DNA from: Rhizophagus irregularis
Taxonomy: Eukaryota
Direction: 5' to 3'
Length of the DNA: 64,000 nt
NCBI RefSeq assembly: GCF_026210795.1
Contig: NC_089434.1
Span: 1,116,001 to 1,180,000, forward strand
The position numbers and the translations under genes were made by a program. Shown piece by piece: positions 1 through 14,130 of the stretch. The notes below the pieces were generated by a model that did not search any database, had not been told where the DNA came from, and worked only from the letters and a program-made list of their open reading frames with translations. Within the stretch, counting starts at the first letter, position 1; each line of letters starts with the position of its first letter.

Positions 1-411
1 GGTGAAGATGAAGTAGTTAATAAACATAGGCAAGGGTTCTTGTACAAAGAAACATCTAAATAATTTCATAATCAACTAAAGATTATACTGCATTGGAGGT
101 AGTAAGTACTGTATAATTAATGAAAAACGAAAAGAAGATAACCAAATAAAGACAGTAGAACATAAAGTCAGCGTTTAGGATACAAGCGGATCAAGAAAAC
201 CAATGAATGAAGAATTTATAGAATTTCACGATGTTAATTTGGCTTGCATCTCACGTTTACTAAAAAATTAAGTGAAAGTTGACAAAAAGTAAGTACAAAA
301 CGAACTAGTAATGAAGTGTGCAAGAAGGTCTGAATCAATCATGTAACGAGAGCAAAAAAGAGAAAAAGAGTAAAAAGAAAACTCAAGAGCTCGGGAAGAG
401 ACGAATAATGC

Positions 412-651
412 TCAGAAAAAGTTGATGCATTGAATAAATATAGAAAGGCGGATGGTAAGACCAATCGATTGAGATCGATTGACATATTCAAATGACATTT
501 GATTGGACGAAAGTGCTTTATTTACAACAGGACGAACAAACAGAACAAATAAAAGAGTATAGAAATTCGGTATCGAAAGAGGTTTTCGTGGAGTATTTAA
601 AAGAACAAAAGTTAAATAAACATTATAATGAAGATGGTAATCCATCGTCAT
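412..651 (-). pseudogene. Degenerate ORF fragment, possibly a distant relative of the 38450-39916 cargo protein
   Basis: 79-aa ORF. NVYLTFVL and IRLSIFIQC loosely resemble GIYLTFVF and IYLGFYFPC of the 488-aa ORF. Similarity judged by eye only. Confidence 0.2.
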
Positions 652-954
652 AGTTTTTTTTATTGTAGTAAATTTAACTAATCATAAATTTTAGATTAGT
701 TTATAATAACAAAAAATTTTTCATGTTATTTTTATTTTGTATATACTTTATTGATAACATGCATAGCGTGCACATCTTGGTAACATGATATTTTGTTATC
801 AGTTATCAATAAAGAGAGTTATTAAAAAATTAATTCCTATTAGTTTCAGTTAAATAATGCAAACTTGGTACAAACTCCAAATTTTTCGTTGAACTTCATA
901 ATCTACAATTTATTCTTTTGCTAGCAAGAAACTCTAATTTCCGCTATTATGAAA

Positions 955-2905
955 AAGCAATAAATTGAATCATGTGTTATCCAACCATCAAGAATTTTAA
1001 CTATGCTTCGAATAGCAAAATGAAAACTTATGCAACTAAATATTGTATAGCTTTAATAATTTTAGTAACTTTCTGACCTCATGAGATACTGTTAACATTT
1101 CTCTCCGAAATAATAAAAACCTATTATACAATTTCCATTTGATTTTCCAACTGTAGACAAACATGATAACGCCAAATTAGATTTTTCCTCTCATATTCTA
1201 TACGGTATTATACCATACGTCCTTATTAAAAGATTAGACTGTAATAATATTAAAGTAAATATTAAAACGATTTTATCAATTAAGTTTAGGAAATACTTTT
1301 AAGAAATGAAAAAATTAATTTTACGTGAATCTATAGAAATGAAGTATACAATATAATAATTGTGGATTAAATTAAAAATTATCTTGGAAAAATGGATGCA
1401 ATAGGCATAATATATATTTGTTTTGTAGTACAATTATCTACATCTTTAGAGAATAAAATAATTGTTAAATTTACATGCTAGTTAAACCTATTGGAGTAAA
1501 AAAAAAAATCGACATTCCTCTAATTTTTATCATAAATTGTAATTGATAAAATTTATTAATATTCAATCAGAAATTCTAAATCATAGACATTAACATCAAG
1601 CAACATTGTGAATTCTTTAGTGTCTTTGAACATTTTTTATTATAAAAATATTTTCAGTTTTTAGATTTTTGTTTGCGTAGAAAGAAGGATTACTAATAAC
1701 ACGATTTTTACGTGTTAATGATATTTTTGGTGTCATAATAATTCATCTACAGTAACAATGTGAATGATACGGTAAATTCCGGCCGCAGCATGGCGCAAAA
1801 AAAAATTTCTCTTTTACTTATTATCTCGGAGCCAAGACAAAACGACATGGCTACATTCGTGAGTGGGAGGGCGGGTTGCCTGTGGCAACACCGCGGGGCT
1901 TTCATTTTTTTATATCAAAGTGGATATGTAGTCAAATGAGAACTCCCGCAGGAGAGGAGTAATCATGTGATATGTCATCATATGAGCAGAAAATTTTGGA
2001 TGCAAAACGCCCACTTTATAACTACTTGCATTCTTGCAAACTTTGTATAAATCCCGAATTTTTTGTTGATCTTTTTCTGGAAAGAAGCTCTAACTTCTAC
2101 TATTAGAAAAAGCAATAAATAAAATCATGTGTTACCTAATGATCCAATCATCAGGAATTTTAACTATGCTTCGCTTAAAAAATAATAACTTATGTAATTA
2201 AATATATATAGATATAACTTTAATCGTCTTTCATGAGGTCAAAAAGTTATTAAAATTATTAATTAATTTATTTAACATTTTTTCTCCAAAATAATATTAT
2301 ACAATTACCATTTTATTTTCCAATTATAGATAAACACGATAACGACTAGAGTTTGGAACCGGTTCTATTTTCGAAAACCGAATTTAAAACGGGTGCAACC
2401 GGTTCGATCCGTTTCAAACCGATTTCGCAAAACCCGATTGAAACCGAATAACCGAATCGTATATATTTGATAATTCCGGCCAGAATTAAATGTGATCGGC
2501 ATAAATCTGGCCAAGTTATAATTCCGGCCGGAATTACAACCCTTGTGTAACACAATACGAAATTTTGTGGGACACAATTATCTGTAATAAAATTTTGTGT
2601 AACATAACTTACCCGGTGGCTAAACTATTTAGCCGTGGTCACGTGATTTTAATTCGTAATTCGGGCCAGCACTATAAAGTTTCAATATCAAACCGGGTTG
2701 GAAATCCGGTTGCACCCGTTTTAAACGCAAACCGGTTTCAGAATATGAATTCGGGTCAAACCGAATTGTCAAAAAATCGGTTGGAACCGATTTTTAAACC
2801 GGTTGGTGCAACCGGTTCCAAACTCTAATAACGACATATTAGATTTCTCTCTCATAATCTATACAGTACGTCCTTATTAAAATATTTAGACTGTAAAAAT
2901 ATTAA
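955..2905. repeat. Diverged direct duplication: ~955-1260 versus ~2105-2346 plus 2836-2905
   Basis: Shared blocks in the same order: aatcatgtgtta, gaattttaactatgcttcg, attatacaatt, tacgtccttattaaaa, ttagactgtaa. The second copy is interrupted by the MITE at 2347-2827. Confidence 0.8.
2347..2827. mobile_element. Non-autonomous hAT-type element (MITE), 481 bp
   Basis: TIRs TAGAGTTTGGAACCGGTT / AACCGGTTCCAAACTCTA. Exact 8-bp TSD ATAACGAC (2339-2346, 2828-2835). Subterminal AACCG repeats. Confidence 0.92.
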
Positions 2906-3070
2906 ATATTTACAGCAACTGATACTTCAACATACTATATATATACTGCCTATATACTATATAAAAATTAAAATGTTGACGTCATCGGATGTTTTGCTTT
3001 TTCAAGCAAAAAATAGTTTAACTTTGGAATTAATCATATATTATGTATGTAATAATTATAAAATTATAAT

Positions 3071-3263
3071 AGGACCGAAATATATATGTGAAGGTCAAGT
3101 GATTTCAGAAAATTGTTTTTCAGGGCCGAAACTATGCTAACCTCAGTCAGTTACTAAAATAGGTAATAAAATTTTGATTGGCATTATCTAAAGAAATTTT
3201 CTAAAAAGGAAAGATCTACACGATTTTTTCGCTACCTTACCTTTATATATATTTCGGGGTCCC
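3071..3263. mobile_element. AGGACC-family MITE, copy 1
   Basis: Termini AGGACCGAAATATATAT / ATATATATTTCGGGGTCCC. 8-bp TSD ATTATAAT (3063-3070, 3264-3271). Internal similarity to the copies at 11693 and 22064. Confidence 0.85.
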
Positions 3264-3699
3264 ATTATAATATAAAACTTCTTTGTATATTAGACTATCA
3301 AATAAGGTACATTCAAAAGAAACTAGCGATGAAGCTTTTTTCTTAATTTGATTGCGGTCAATGATTATTCCTTTTTGTAATACCATCAGATTATTCAAAT
3401 TATTTGAGATCGGTCCAAACCGGGATGTTTTGCACCAAATGTACCAAATACCATATTATCAACCGGTCTTTATTATGAGATTTTGTACAGATAATGAAAA
3501 TAATATGCAAATATGCAAATTAAATATTTTATTGAGAAAATACTAATGTATACGTAATCGCCATAATATCTATTATATTTAAGTAATAAATTGTTATTAT
3601 TTAACTGTTTATGGTTATAACAAATTAAATAACAATTGAATACTTTATATTATAGTTATCTCCAATATCTCCAATCAAATTAATGTTTGTTACATTTTC

Positions 3700-6600
3700 G
3701 GTAAAAGCCCTGCTGTTTCTGCATAGCCCGAATTTTGCCAAAAAAAATTGCGCCACGCGTCACCTTTAGCTCTGCCACATTTTTGTATATATAAACCCCT
3801 TGTTTTTATTCAACTCTAAAAATTTACTTCTACTCAACGCTTATATTTAATCACCCACTTTACTGAAAAGTTAATATTCTATTATTAAAAAAAATTTCCC
3901 AGCAAATTAACTTATTCTTAAAATAAAAAAATTTCTCCTATTTAATACTTATGCATGAAAATTATTCCAAATACACCTTAGCATTAATATAAAATAAAAA
4001 ATTATTTTTTTTTATCCAAAGATTCTCTTCAAAGATTAAGCTAGAACCGAGATGGTCTAACAAATCATTTATAATCATTTGTATTGATTATATTAGCAAA
4101 TTATATGATTGGAATTTTTCATGAATTTAATAAATTCAATAACAACATATTATTGATAAACTATAAATAAATCGTAATTTATTCAAATAATCAATATTAA
4201 TAATAAACTTTCACTTTATCCATATCCCATTTATTCATATTTTTATATTAACAAATTTCTCTTATTCCAAATAATATTTTTAGACCAAAAAATCATATAC
4301 TTCTATATTCTTATTTTTACTTTTAGATACAATACTCAACAAACGGATTCGGTAGATGCATTTCAATCAAAGACTGTCCATTTTTTGAATGCATATGCCA
4401 AGGAATCAAGCATTAACAATATGCAACTGCTGAATTTATTAATCAAGAATAGCAATATTTTGATTTGAAGAGAGCAATAAAGAATATATCCTGATCAATT
4501 ATTCAACATAACATAGGATTGTTAAAGCTTAAGCGATTATATTGTACGATCAATAATCTTTAAATGGCAATTTAATCTTATCAACTCTTCTCACTTGAAA
4601 CTTCAGTGAATTACTATATTTATCATTATCCTATCTAAAATATGAATGAAATTTTTTTTATTAAAATAGTAATATGAACAAATATATTTGATTATTATTA
4701 ATTCATATACAACTATATTAATAGATAACTCAATTTTTATTTATATAATTTGACTCTTTAATCACTTTCAAACATTTGTTCGCCGTATTTTCATTAAAAG
4801 TCATATTTTCTTTCATTTATTAGGTGTCCCATTTTTACTTTTCGTTTATTAGATATCACATCTTCATAATTAAGCTTTCATTTAAAAATTGAAGAACTTT
4901 TGACTTTAAACCCTTATCTAATGATATAGAAAAATATGCATTACTGTTTATTCCTCACTTAGATAGAAATCAATATATGATTGACAAGAAAAGGGAACAT
5001 TTCAAAATATAATTAATATACATTATAAATTTGGATGTATGAAGAGTATATGAACACTTCAATAATTTAAATATGACAGACATACATATATAAAGACAAA
5101 TTTCTCTTGAAATATTTTCAGCCTTATATATTATATAGATTTATTGAAAATAAAATTTAAATATTTTATTTACATCCTTAATAGCTAATTCCAAAGAACA
5201 ATTTTAGATTTATAATTGATTTTATTGTTTAATAAATGGCAAAAATAAATGAAAAATATAATTAAATAATTCTCAGATAGAACTTACATTGATGATAATA
5301 CGTTAAGTAGCATCAGAATTACCAATTAATTTTCAATATACAAACTCAAATATCAATAATATCACAGCAATTGTCAAATTTATTAATTTAAATCAATATT
5401 GCAGCACCTCTTAATTAAAATTAGGTTTGACAAGATTTGTAAAATCAATACTAAATTGAATAGATATGTTTGTTGAAATACAATTTAAAAAGTATAAATA
5501 AGCTTATATATAGTCCATTCTTTAACATATTTAGTAGTTAAAGAAAGAAAGCTGTTTTATTGGTGAAACATCTTTAATTTCAGAGAATAAATTTCATGAC
5601 ATCAATATATAATCTATCATTGTCACACTTTGTTAAGAATTAGATGGTATAACCTGTTCCCTATTATACAAAAATTTGCATGCAAAATGAAACTTGCAAT
5701 GGAAGCCCAAAAATTACAAGATCAATTCATTCCCCAACAAGAAAAATTAAGTTGCTTCTATCTTTTTATGTTCAATTGGTCCCTTTACTTTCCTAAAATA
5801 AGGGAGTATTGAAAAAAATGACAACTACACTTTTTTTAACTACTTTATAATAAGCATTCTTATATAACCATTGGATTCACATCAGACAAATGTTTTTTCT
5901 TTTGGGAAATTTATGTTTTATCTGAAGAATATTATAGAACATTATAGAAACAATTCAAATAACTAAATATTAGGACTTTATAATCTACAGAAATTAATTT
6001 TAGTAAAGACATATTTAGGATCAAACATGAAGATTTCAAACTTATTCATGTTTTAATAGTAAAATATTTATTTTATCCTTTCTATTTGAGATTCATCATA
6101 CTACATATATATGTTGGACAATTTAAGAGATTATTATAATTTAAAATAATAGAAACCATAAAAGTTTTAGAATAATTCTGGAAAAAAAAATCAAAAATGC
6201 AATAGACAATATTATTTAAAAATCATCAATAATGAGAATACAAAGAGACAATCTTTATATTTACAAACCCACTTACATACCGAAGAAAACAGAAATTTCA
6301 TCAATGTAATTGTTGTAGGTTTAACACAAATATACCATTAAATCATTTGGATACTATTTACACCAAATGGGAGTTTTTAGAAGAAACGTAAGCAGTGACT
6401 CCAGGTTACAGTGATGATTATTTTTATTTTATAAGAAAATATAAAAGTTATATAAATCTGATTATGAATATTTTTCAAACAGAATCATACCGAGTAATGG
6501 AAAGAAAACAAAGAGTTCAAAATAGATATAAAGACATGCATTTTTGATTCTGGAGAAGTATACAAAATGAAATACTCACTCCATTAATATTAAAAATACT

Positions 6601-9600
6601 ATAAGCATTTCTTTAACAATTGATCACCATCTAAAGATATGAATTTTGTAAAAAAAGCTGAATATTGGCATAGTATATCACACTTTTAGTCATAGTTTCA
6701 TAGAATGCACCAAAATTTTTCTTATTTCAATATAAAAACAATATTTTAAAATACTTTATAACTTTTCACATTTTTTAAGATTAGATTATTCACCTTTGGT
6801 TGTATTACTAAAGCAAAAACTTCCATAATAGCATATTATTTGACATTTTTCAAAAATTTCAATTCCTTCCTATCCTTATAAGTTGGAAAAAAATTGAGCT
6901 CACAGATAAAGATATTAGATTAATTTCAAATGCTTTATCGCTCATTTGGAACAAAACAAACAAAAAAGTTGATACTTGTAGATTTGAAAAGAAGTCTCAG
7001 AGTCTGAACTTTTTTATCATAATATAATTTGACTATTGGATTATTTTCTATCATCTGATTTTCATTTCTTTCAATGAATTTTTGAATTAAAAAGCGCGAA
7101 AGGTGTTGCATATTTCATATGCAAAAAATACTCACAGTTTGTTATGTCCATGAATTTTCATGCAGATTTCACAGCTAAATTTAAGACTGATACCAAACTA
7201 ATAGAAGAAAGCTCTTTTATTTCCAATCCCTAAACCTCATGATTGGAACTGCAACTATCAAACACTCATTCTATAACATTATTAGAAACACCAAGAAAAC
7301 TCATGGTCTCTATAATATGAAAGAAACTACAAACTCATCAGGTTTTAAAAAAGAGTTAAACCATTATGCATTTATAATCAAGGAGAAAAATGCTATCGAA
7401 TATCTATTTTATATTAATGATATTTATAAATCATAATTGTCAATTCTTACATTGTTTAAACTGAATTGCTACATTTGATTCTAATCTATCTATTATGACC
7501 TTGCAATGCAGAAATGTAATGTGACCACTAAGCATGGCTGCTGTGTCATCATTCGGTCAATCAAGAGTCATCATCAATTTGGCTGAAAAAAAAAGAATTA
7601 TATGATGGAAGGACAATGTTCTGTGCACTACAACAAATCACTCACGAACAGAGTGTCAAAGAAAAGAGAGTTTAAAAGATTGCAAGATTTAATTGCTGCA
7701 GGTATCACATTTGACCAAATTGTTAATAATGGTATGACCATTACAGACTTTGAAACAGATAATATTTATTATATGAAATTTTCACATATTGATGATGGCC
7801 AAAAAATTGATAAATGCAAAATCCAACTGTAAGGTTAGCAAAAATCACCAAAAAATCTATTACAAAAACAACTCATGCTATTGTTTCACAGGCATCTTTC
7901 AAACTCTCCTTTATCTATTGACCAACCCATTTCTTCTCTCTCTCACTCTCTATCCGTTAAACTCCTTTCTTCTCTCTCCTCACTCTATCCATTAAACTCC
8001 TTTTTTCTCTCTTATAACTTTATTTTTCTCATTTTTTTCGGTGAAAAATAATGGACAAAACTAAAATAATCAGAATGTTTGATATATTGGCACGATTATA
8101 CAAATATTAATATACATAAATATTAGCCATAGATATTTTAAAATAGATGTGTTTATATTAATATCATCACACTTTTTTACCTGTGATTATATCAGAAAAT
8201 GAAAATTAAGGGAGTTAGATTTAATAGAAGACATTTAATGATAAAATAGAAATATTATAAAATATATTTTTTTAAGCATCTCCCTCACACCTTTCCATCA
8301 CTGAGGCCACCAGGAAGATACAGAAGCAATCCCTACTCAACACTGGTGGTATATTGGAGGGTTTATAGATAGAATAATTATTAGATCTCAGTCTTAAATT
8401 AGTAATAAATTTTTAGAGGGTAATTATCTAAAATTTAATATAAAAGAAATCATAAAAAAACAGTATTCATTAGGAGAAAATTATTATCCAGTTTTAATAC
8501 ATAACAAAGAAATATTTAAACATCTAGAAAACAAACTTACAAAAATTACAGAAAAACTATAAGAAGAAAATGAGACATTTAATGATAGAATTCTTTACCT
8601 TCATTAAGTTAACTAAAAAGTTCTAGCTCACTTATGTAATAAAAATTATAAAAAAATAATGCCTGCGAAACCATCTATGGTCTGTTACGTTCATGAATCT
8701 AGGGAACATCTAAGCTGTTTCTTTATATGCGCAGAAATATTATAAAAATATATTTCTTTAAATATATTCTATTGAAAATGACTGTGTCTCCATCACACCT
8801 TCCCATTATTGAGGTCACCAAGGAGATACAGAGCATATTCTAAATGATTGGAAAAAGTCCATAATATTCTTTATTTACTTGATTCTCAGGCATTGGCTAG
8901 AAGGAAATAAAAAAAATTGAAAAAATTGAAAAGAAGAATTATGCATGTTCAGGGTCCAATTTCTTATGGAATACAGATGGATATGACAAATTACCACATT
9001 GGGTTTTTATGTACATGGATGTATAGATGCATATTGATATATTATTTATCTGGCTTCATATCAGAAATTCAGAATTACTTCAGATAAAAAATCACAAGTA
9101 ATTCTAAAATATTATTTAGATACTCTCTGACTTTTGGAAAGATGAATATAACAAAAAATAAATATAGATAGTGAAATATATTCAAATATACTTAATCCTA
9201 TCAAAGATGAAGAATGGTTAGAAGTTATATCAACTACCATTATTATTATACAGATTATTGTACATAGATTTGAAGAAATATATTATTTTATATGAATTTT
9301 TAATCTAAACAATTCTATTTTAATTTGCATGTTATTACTGCTAATAATATCTTTACAATTAATTTGTAAATATACGTTTCAAATTTCATTAAATATACTG
9401 GTAATATATTGGAGGTTTAATATAATTATTGTAAATAAGCTGAAATTATTTTCAAAAATAATACATTTCTTTAAAAATATTCTATTGAATAATATCTGCA
9501 TCTTTTTCATGCATATCCATCACTGAGACTACTAAGAAGATACAGAAGTAACCCCTATCCAATACCAGTAGTTAATAGAAGGGTTAATATAGAAGCATCC

Positions 9601-11460
9601 CTTACTCAACACTGGTGGTATATTGGAGGGTTTGTAGAATAATTATTAGATTAATTAGTTTCAAATTAGTAATAAATCATTAGAGAATAATTATCTAAAA
9701 TTAAATATAAAAGAAATCATAAAAGAACAGTATTCATTTAGGAGAAAATTATTATCCAGTTTTAATACATTACAAAGAAATATTTAAGCATCCAGAGAAC
9801 CTACAAAAACTGTAGAAAGAACTTTAATATACTTTATTTCTGCACAAATGAATTTATAAGTTTTAAAATTAAATTATTTATTTATCTACTTTTAATTACT
9901 CATTTTTAACATTAATAGTTGATATAATATTAGTAAATTATACTGCAATACAGTCATGTTCTTTCAGTTTATTTAAATCTATCAAATGCTAAACTACTAG
10001 TGCTACTATATCTCAAAAGACACTGAATGATTTGCTGTCTACTATAGTACAAGTTTATAACCAGAAGTGAGAACTTATCAAATTTACAAATATATTCGGA
10101 GCTAGTAATCCCTTATACATTGATCAAATAGAAATTCATATACTCTGGTTGGTGAAGTAGGCTGATTATAATGCTGCCAAAATATATTTCCCTATATTGA
10201 TGATGTAGGGTATACATATACATTTATTTATGGTATTATTTACATGATAATACAGGTCAAAACTAACACCTTTTATTTATCATCATGTTGAAAAATTCAA
10301 AACTTTAATTAAATTAAGTTGCATTCAATTAAAAATAATTACCAAATTTTTAATTATAGTAGTAATTTTAGCAAATTATAAATAAAACAATGGAAAATTA
10401 TTAAGTACCATCTCTTATATCTGGAATACTTTCTCTTAACTGTTTATTGATTTCTCTAATATCTTTGAAAATTTCATTCCTCTTAATCTAATAATTATGT
10501 ATTAATCTATTTTATAATAATTATTTTTTTTCACAAATCTTATTATTATGTTATTCATCTATAATATGGTTAAAACATTTATTAAAAAATGTGATATTAC
10601 ACCAACATACTAAAAATATATTTTTTAATACATCAATATAGAGTAAGAATTTAAAAAATTTAATCTTTAAATAGAACAATAGCAATTTAAAAATAGATCA
10701 CAAAAAATATTTTATTATTAAGTAATCAATTATTATAGAAAAAAGAAAGTATAATTAAGATAAAAAATAATTACAATATTGTAATTAATATGCATGCATT
10801 AATTAAAATTAAGGCAGATAACTTTATATTGATAATGACTCTAAAAAAATCTTTATAAAGTATTTATGATTTCTTTAATTCTTATAATAGACTTTACTTT
10901 TATGGAAACAAGTATTCCCATAGAATGAGTTTGAAAAAGTAATCAAAGATATATAAATAATGCATATAATATAAAAACACAAAAGGAATTCCTTCATTTT
11001 TAATGACTGTAGCTCTTAGTTCAAAATATTTAAAATTTCTTTCTTATAATTAATTCCATTATTCCACAGTAGATAAAAGTAAATATAAGAAAGAAACAGA
11101 AGGTGAAATAAAGAATATTCATCTGTATAAGACAAAATATTAGAATATACTGGTATTATAATTATCCTCAAATTTGATCCAGCTGAAAAAGATTGAGTTA
11201 TAAATTCAGCAAATGAATTTCAAAATGGTGTTGATTTATCTAATAAGTTCTAGCTAACAATTATGCAAGGCAAATAAAATTATGATTCAGTGAAATTAAC
11301 AGAACCTGTATAATATATTATCAACAATAACTGTCCATTAACTGAACTGAAGATGAACTCAAAAAAAAGATAAAAAAATACTGAATAAATATTTTATTAA
11401 TATACTATATGAAGAATAAGATTCCCAAAAAAAACTGATCTTTCATAGAACATGATAGTA
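3700..11460. repeat. Old, heavily mutated repeat/TE-remnant block
   Basis: No long ORFs, scattered coding-like fragments, very few CG dinucleotides, internal duplications at 8.2-9.8 kb. Family not assignable by eye. Confidence 0.5.
8330..9815. repeat. Dispersed direct repeats: ~8330-8545 versus ~9600-9815, with partial copies near 8735-8835 and 9470-9570
   Basis: tactcaacactggtggtatattggagggttt ... ggagaaaattattatccagttttaatacat occurs twice. catcactgag...gaagatacagaag recurs. Confidence 0.85.
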
Positions 11461-11692
11461 AGATGAGATACAGTGGTGTGCAAAAAAATGACAATTTTTT
11501 TGAGTAATGATCAGCAGGCATAACTTATCCGATTTTAGTCATATCTACACAAATAAATATGCGTATGAAAGCCCCGTGATTACTTTATTTTTTAACGAAA
11601 ATTTTTTCCCATATATAATAAAATTGTATTTTATTAACCGTATAAAATGCCACTATCTAAGCAAGAAACTCAAAGACAAACGATATTACAAT

Positions 11693-11926
11693 AGGACCCA
11701 GAAATATATATAAAAGGGTCAGGTTTGAGTTTGCGTATTTTGAACTAAAAAAATCATGGAAATCTTTCCTTTTTTAGATAATTTTTGATAATTCCAGTCA
11801 GAATTTTATTTCCTATTATAGTAACCGACTGACATTATCATAATTCCGGCCCTGAAAAAATGCGTACAGCTCATAGTAAAAAAAATTTTTCATCACCTGA
11901 CCCCTATATACATATTTCTGGGTCCT
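11693..11926. mobile_element. AGGACC-family MITE, copy 2, nested in the Tc1 transposase
   Basis: TIRs AGGACCCAGAAATAT / ATATTTCTGGGTCCT. TSD ATTACAAT (11685-11692, 11927-11934). Confidence 0.92.
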
Positions 11927-12332
11927 ATTACAATTCTGGAGGCAAGGAATACGTACTGCTGCCAAAATTCATTCTTTGACAAAGATACCACTTAGGACAA
12001 TATATAGGAACCTTAAAAAAATCAAAAAAACCGGAGATGTGAAACATAGAGGTGGCAATGGACGTATTAGTAAAATAACGCAAAAGGCTGCTCGTGAAAT
12101 TGGACAATATATTCGAAGAAAACCCACAATTACCACCAAGTTCATTGCTGCCAAATTGGAAGATGTTGGTGTTAACGTCTCTTGCTCAACAGTTTCAAGG
12201 TATTTGACCAGTCACGGATACAAAAATGCACTCCCCCTTGCTACACCAATGCTTACTCCAGCCCATAAGCATAAACGTATTGAATGGGCACAAAATCACA
12301 TGAATGATGACTGGCAAAATACTTTATTTAGT

Positions 12333-12603
12333 CATCATCTTCTACCTATTTATCTTCGTCCTTGTCAGACAATGCTATTCATTTGAATCAAAATATGTAT
12401 CAAACAATTAAAGTAAGTATTTTTTTATTATCTGTCATTGAATTTTCCCAAATATTTACATTTATTTATTATTTATAGAAAGAAGTCTTTATCTGGGTAG
12501 ATTCTGAATTAAAGAATATATATGAGATCGATAGTGAACGAACGTGGCTTGAGCAAAAAGAAAATATAATTACAAAATTACTTCCACCGCTTTATAAGTT
12601 AGT
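12333..12603 (+). other. Captured intron-containing gene fragment inserted in the transposase
   Basis: 271-bp insert bounded by a TTAGT direct repeat (12328-32, 12599-603). Contains a GTAAGT..TAG intron at 12413-12478 joining SSSTYLSSSLSDNAIHLNQNMYQTIK to KEVFIWVDSELKNIYEIDSERTWLEQKENIITKLLPPLYK without a stop. Confidence 0.75.
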
Positions 12604-13529
12604 GATGAGACAGCTTTCCAGCTATTCCGCAACACAGTAAGACATTGGTATAAAAAACAATGGCCAATTCGTCCCATACCAAAAGACCGAAGTAAAATTT
12701 TTGCATGGGGTGGTTTTTGCATAAGAGGTAAAACAAGTCTTTTTTGTTTTAGGGGTATAATGGATGGAAAATTTTACACAAAAATATTAGAAAGACAAAT
12801 TCCAGAGGTGTACAGTATGTTAGGAGATAGTTGGCGGCTGCAACAAGATAATGATCCTAAACATACTAGTCGGGTTGCTAAGGAATTTCTCAAAAATAAT
12901 GTCCCAGAGGTTATGGACTGGCCATCCAATAGTCCGGATCTAAACCCATAGAAAACCTTTGGGCAATTGTTAAGAGAAATACAGAGTTGCGTAGACCAAA
13001 AAATCTTAATGAATTAGATGTTTTTTTGCATGAAGAATGGGTAAAAATTCCAAATAACCTCTTAATTAATCTTGTAAATTCAATGCCGCAACGTTGTAGG
13101 GAGGTTATTGACAGAAATGGTGAACGAATACCATATTAATTTTTTTTAATAAAGTCTACTATGTTTTAGCTTTAAAATAATACTTTTTATTTTTTGATTG
13201 GTTTATTGGTTAAAAAATTAACGTGACTTGAAAAATTGTCATTTTTTTTGCACACCACTGTATACTTTTTTATAAGAATTAATGATTATAAACATTAATA
13301 ATAATATAATAATATAGGAATAAATAATAATAACATAATAATATAGGAATAATTTAGTAATATAATAATAAATATATCGAAAATTATGTGCAAATAAAAT
13401 AATGAATTTAAAATACAAACCTTGAAACTCTCAAAAATCACGTATAATACACATAATGATTACAAGCAAATAATTAATCAATCATCATATTAATACTATT
13501 TATGCGTCATATAAGTGATTTGGACAAGT

Positions 13530-14130
13530 GAGCTTCATGTCGATCTAAGATATAATAGAAGCATATTCCAAAAAAAAATATTCCATTAAATCATATCTAT
13601 TAAAACAATCCTTAGCATATGGAAACTGAAATATCTAATTTAAACAACTGATCTGAATACCTCAAAACAAGTTAAAAGTAATTGTAGAACAAGCCATGGC
13701 ATTTACTGACAATGCATTTATGGAAGATTCTTTATGTCAATTAAGATTTTTCAAATCCTACAACAATTTAATTAAAAATTTTTACAAGCATTTCAGATTT
13801 TTATTATGGTATAGTGATATTTGTTAGTATTCATGCAATAGGACATGAAAAACTCCAAAAATATATTTTACTCTCAAAAAAGTATTTCTCAAGAAAAAAC
13901 TTTTTTTATAAAAAGAAAAATTTTATAACAAAAAATCTAACTGTTTTATATATTTATCATAAAAAATCCCAAACATTAAAATTTTAACAAGTCAGGAACT
14001 ACTAAAAAGTAAGCTAAACAAAATATTTACAAAACTACTCGAGATAAACAAATTAATTAAAAAGAAATATGGACAAGAAAAAATAAGCCTAAACCTACAT
14101 TTAACAATCTTCACCCTTGGAGTTAAAAAT
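13530..14130 (+). pseudogene. Degenerate remnant resembling a CACTA/EnSpm-type transposase C-terminal region
   Basis: KLLEINKLIKKKYGQEKISLNLHL at ~14033-14103 resembles the YG.EKI.PNLHL motif recalled for these transposases. The surrounding sequence is full of stops. Confidence 0.4.

Larger units (their letters stand above)
11647..13139 (+). pseudogene. Tc1-family transposase with two insertions and one frameshift
   Basis: Removing the MITE (11693-11926 plus one TSD) gives MPLSKQETQRQTILQFWRQG..TKIPLRTIY in frame. Removing 12333-12603 restores TLFS-DETAFQL. QQDNDPKH...WPSNSPDLNP(IE) has 34 residues between D and E. One base is missing at NP-IENLW (~12947). Stop at 13137-13139. Confidence 0.93.
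11471..13260 (+). mobile_element. Tc1/mariner (DD34E) DNA transposon, full length but inactivated
   Basis: ~29-bp TIRs CAGTGGTGTGCAAAAAAATGACAATTTTT, TA on both sides (11469-70, 13261-62), internal transposase. Confidence 0.96.

Noticed and set aside
2346..2828. Three short ORFs over the MITE (also ORF 24627-24839)
   Set aside because: They coincide with GC-richer MITE repeats and carry no protein motifs, so they are chance open frames.
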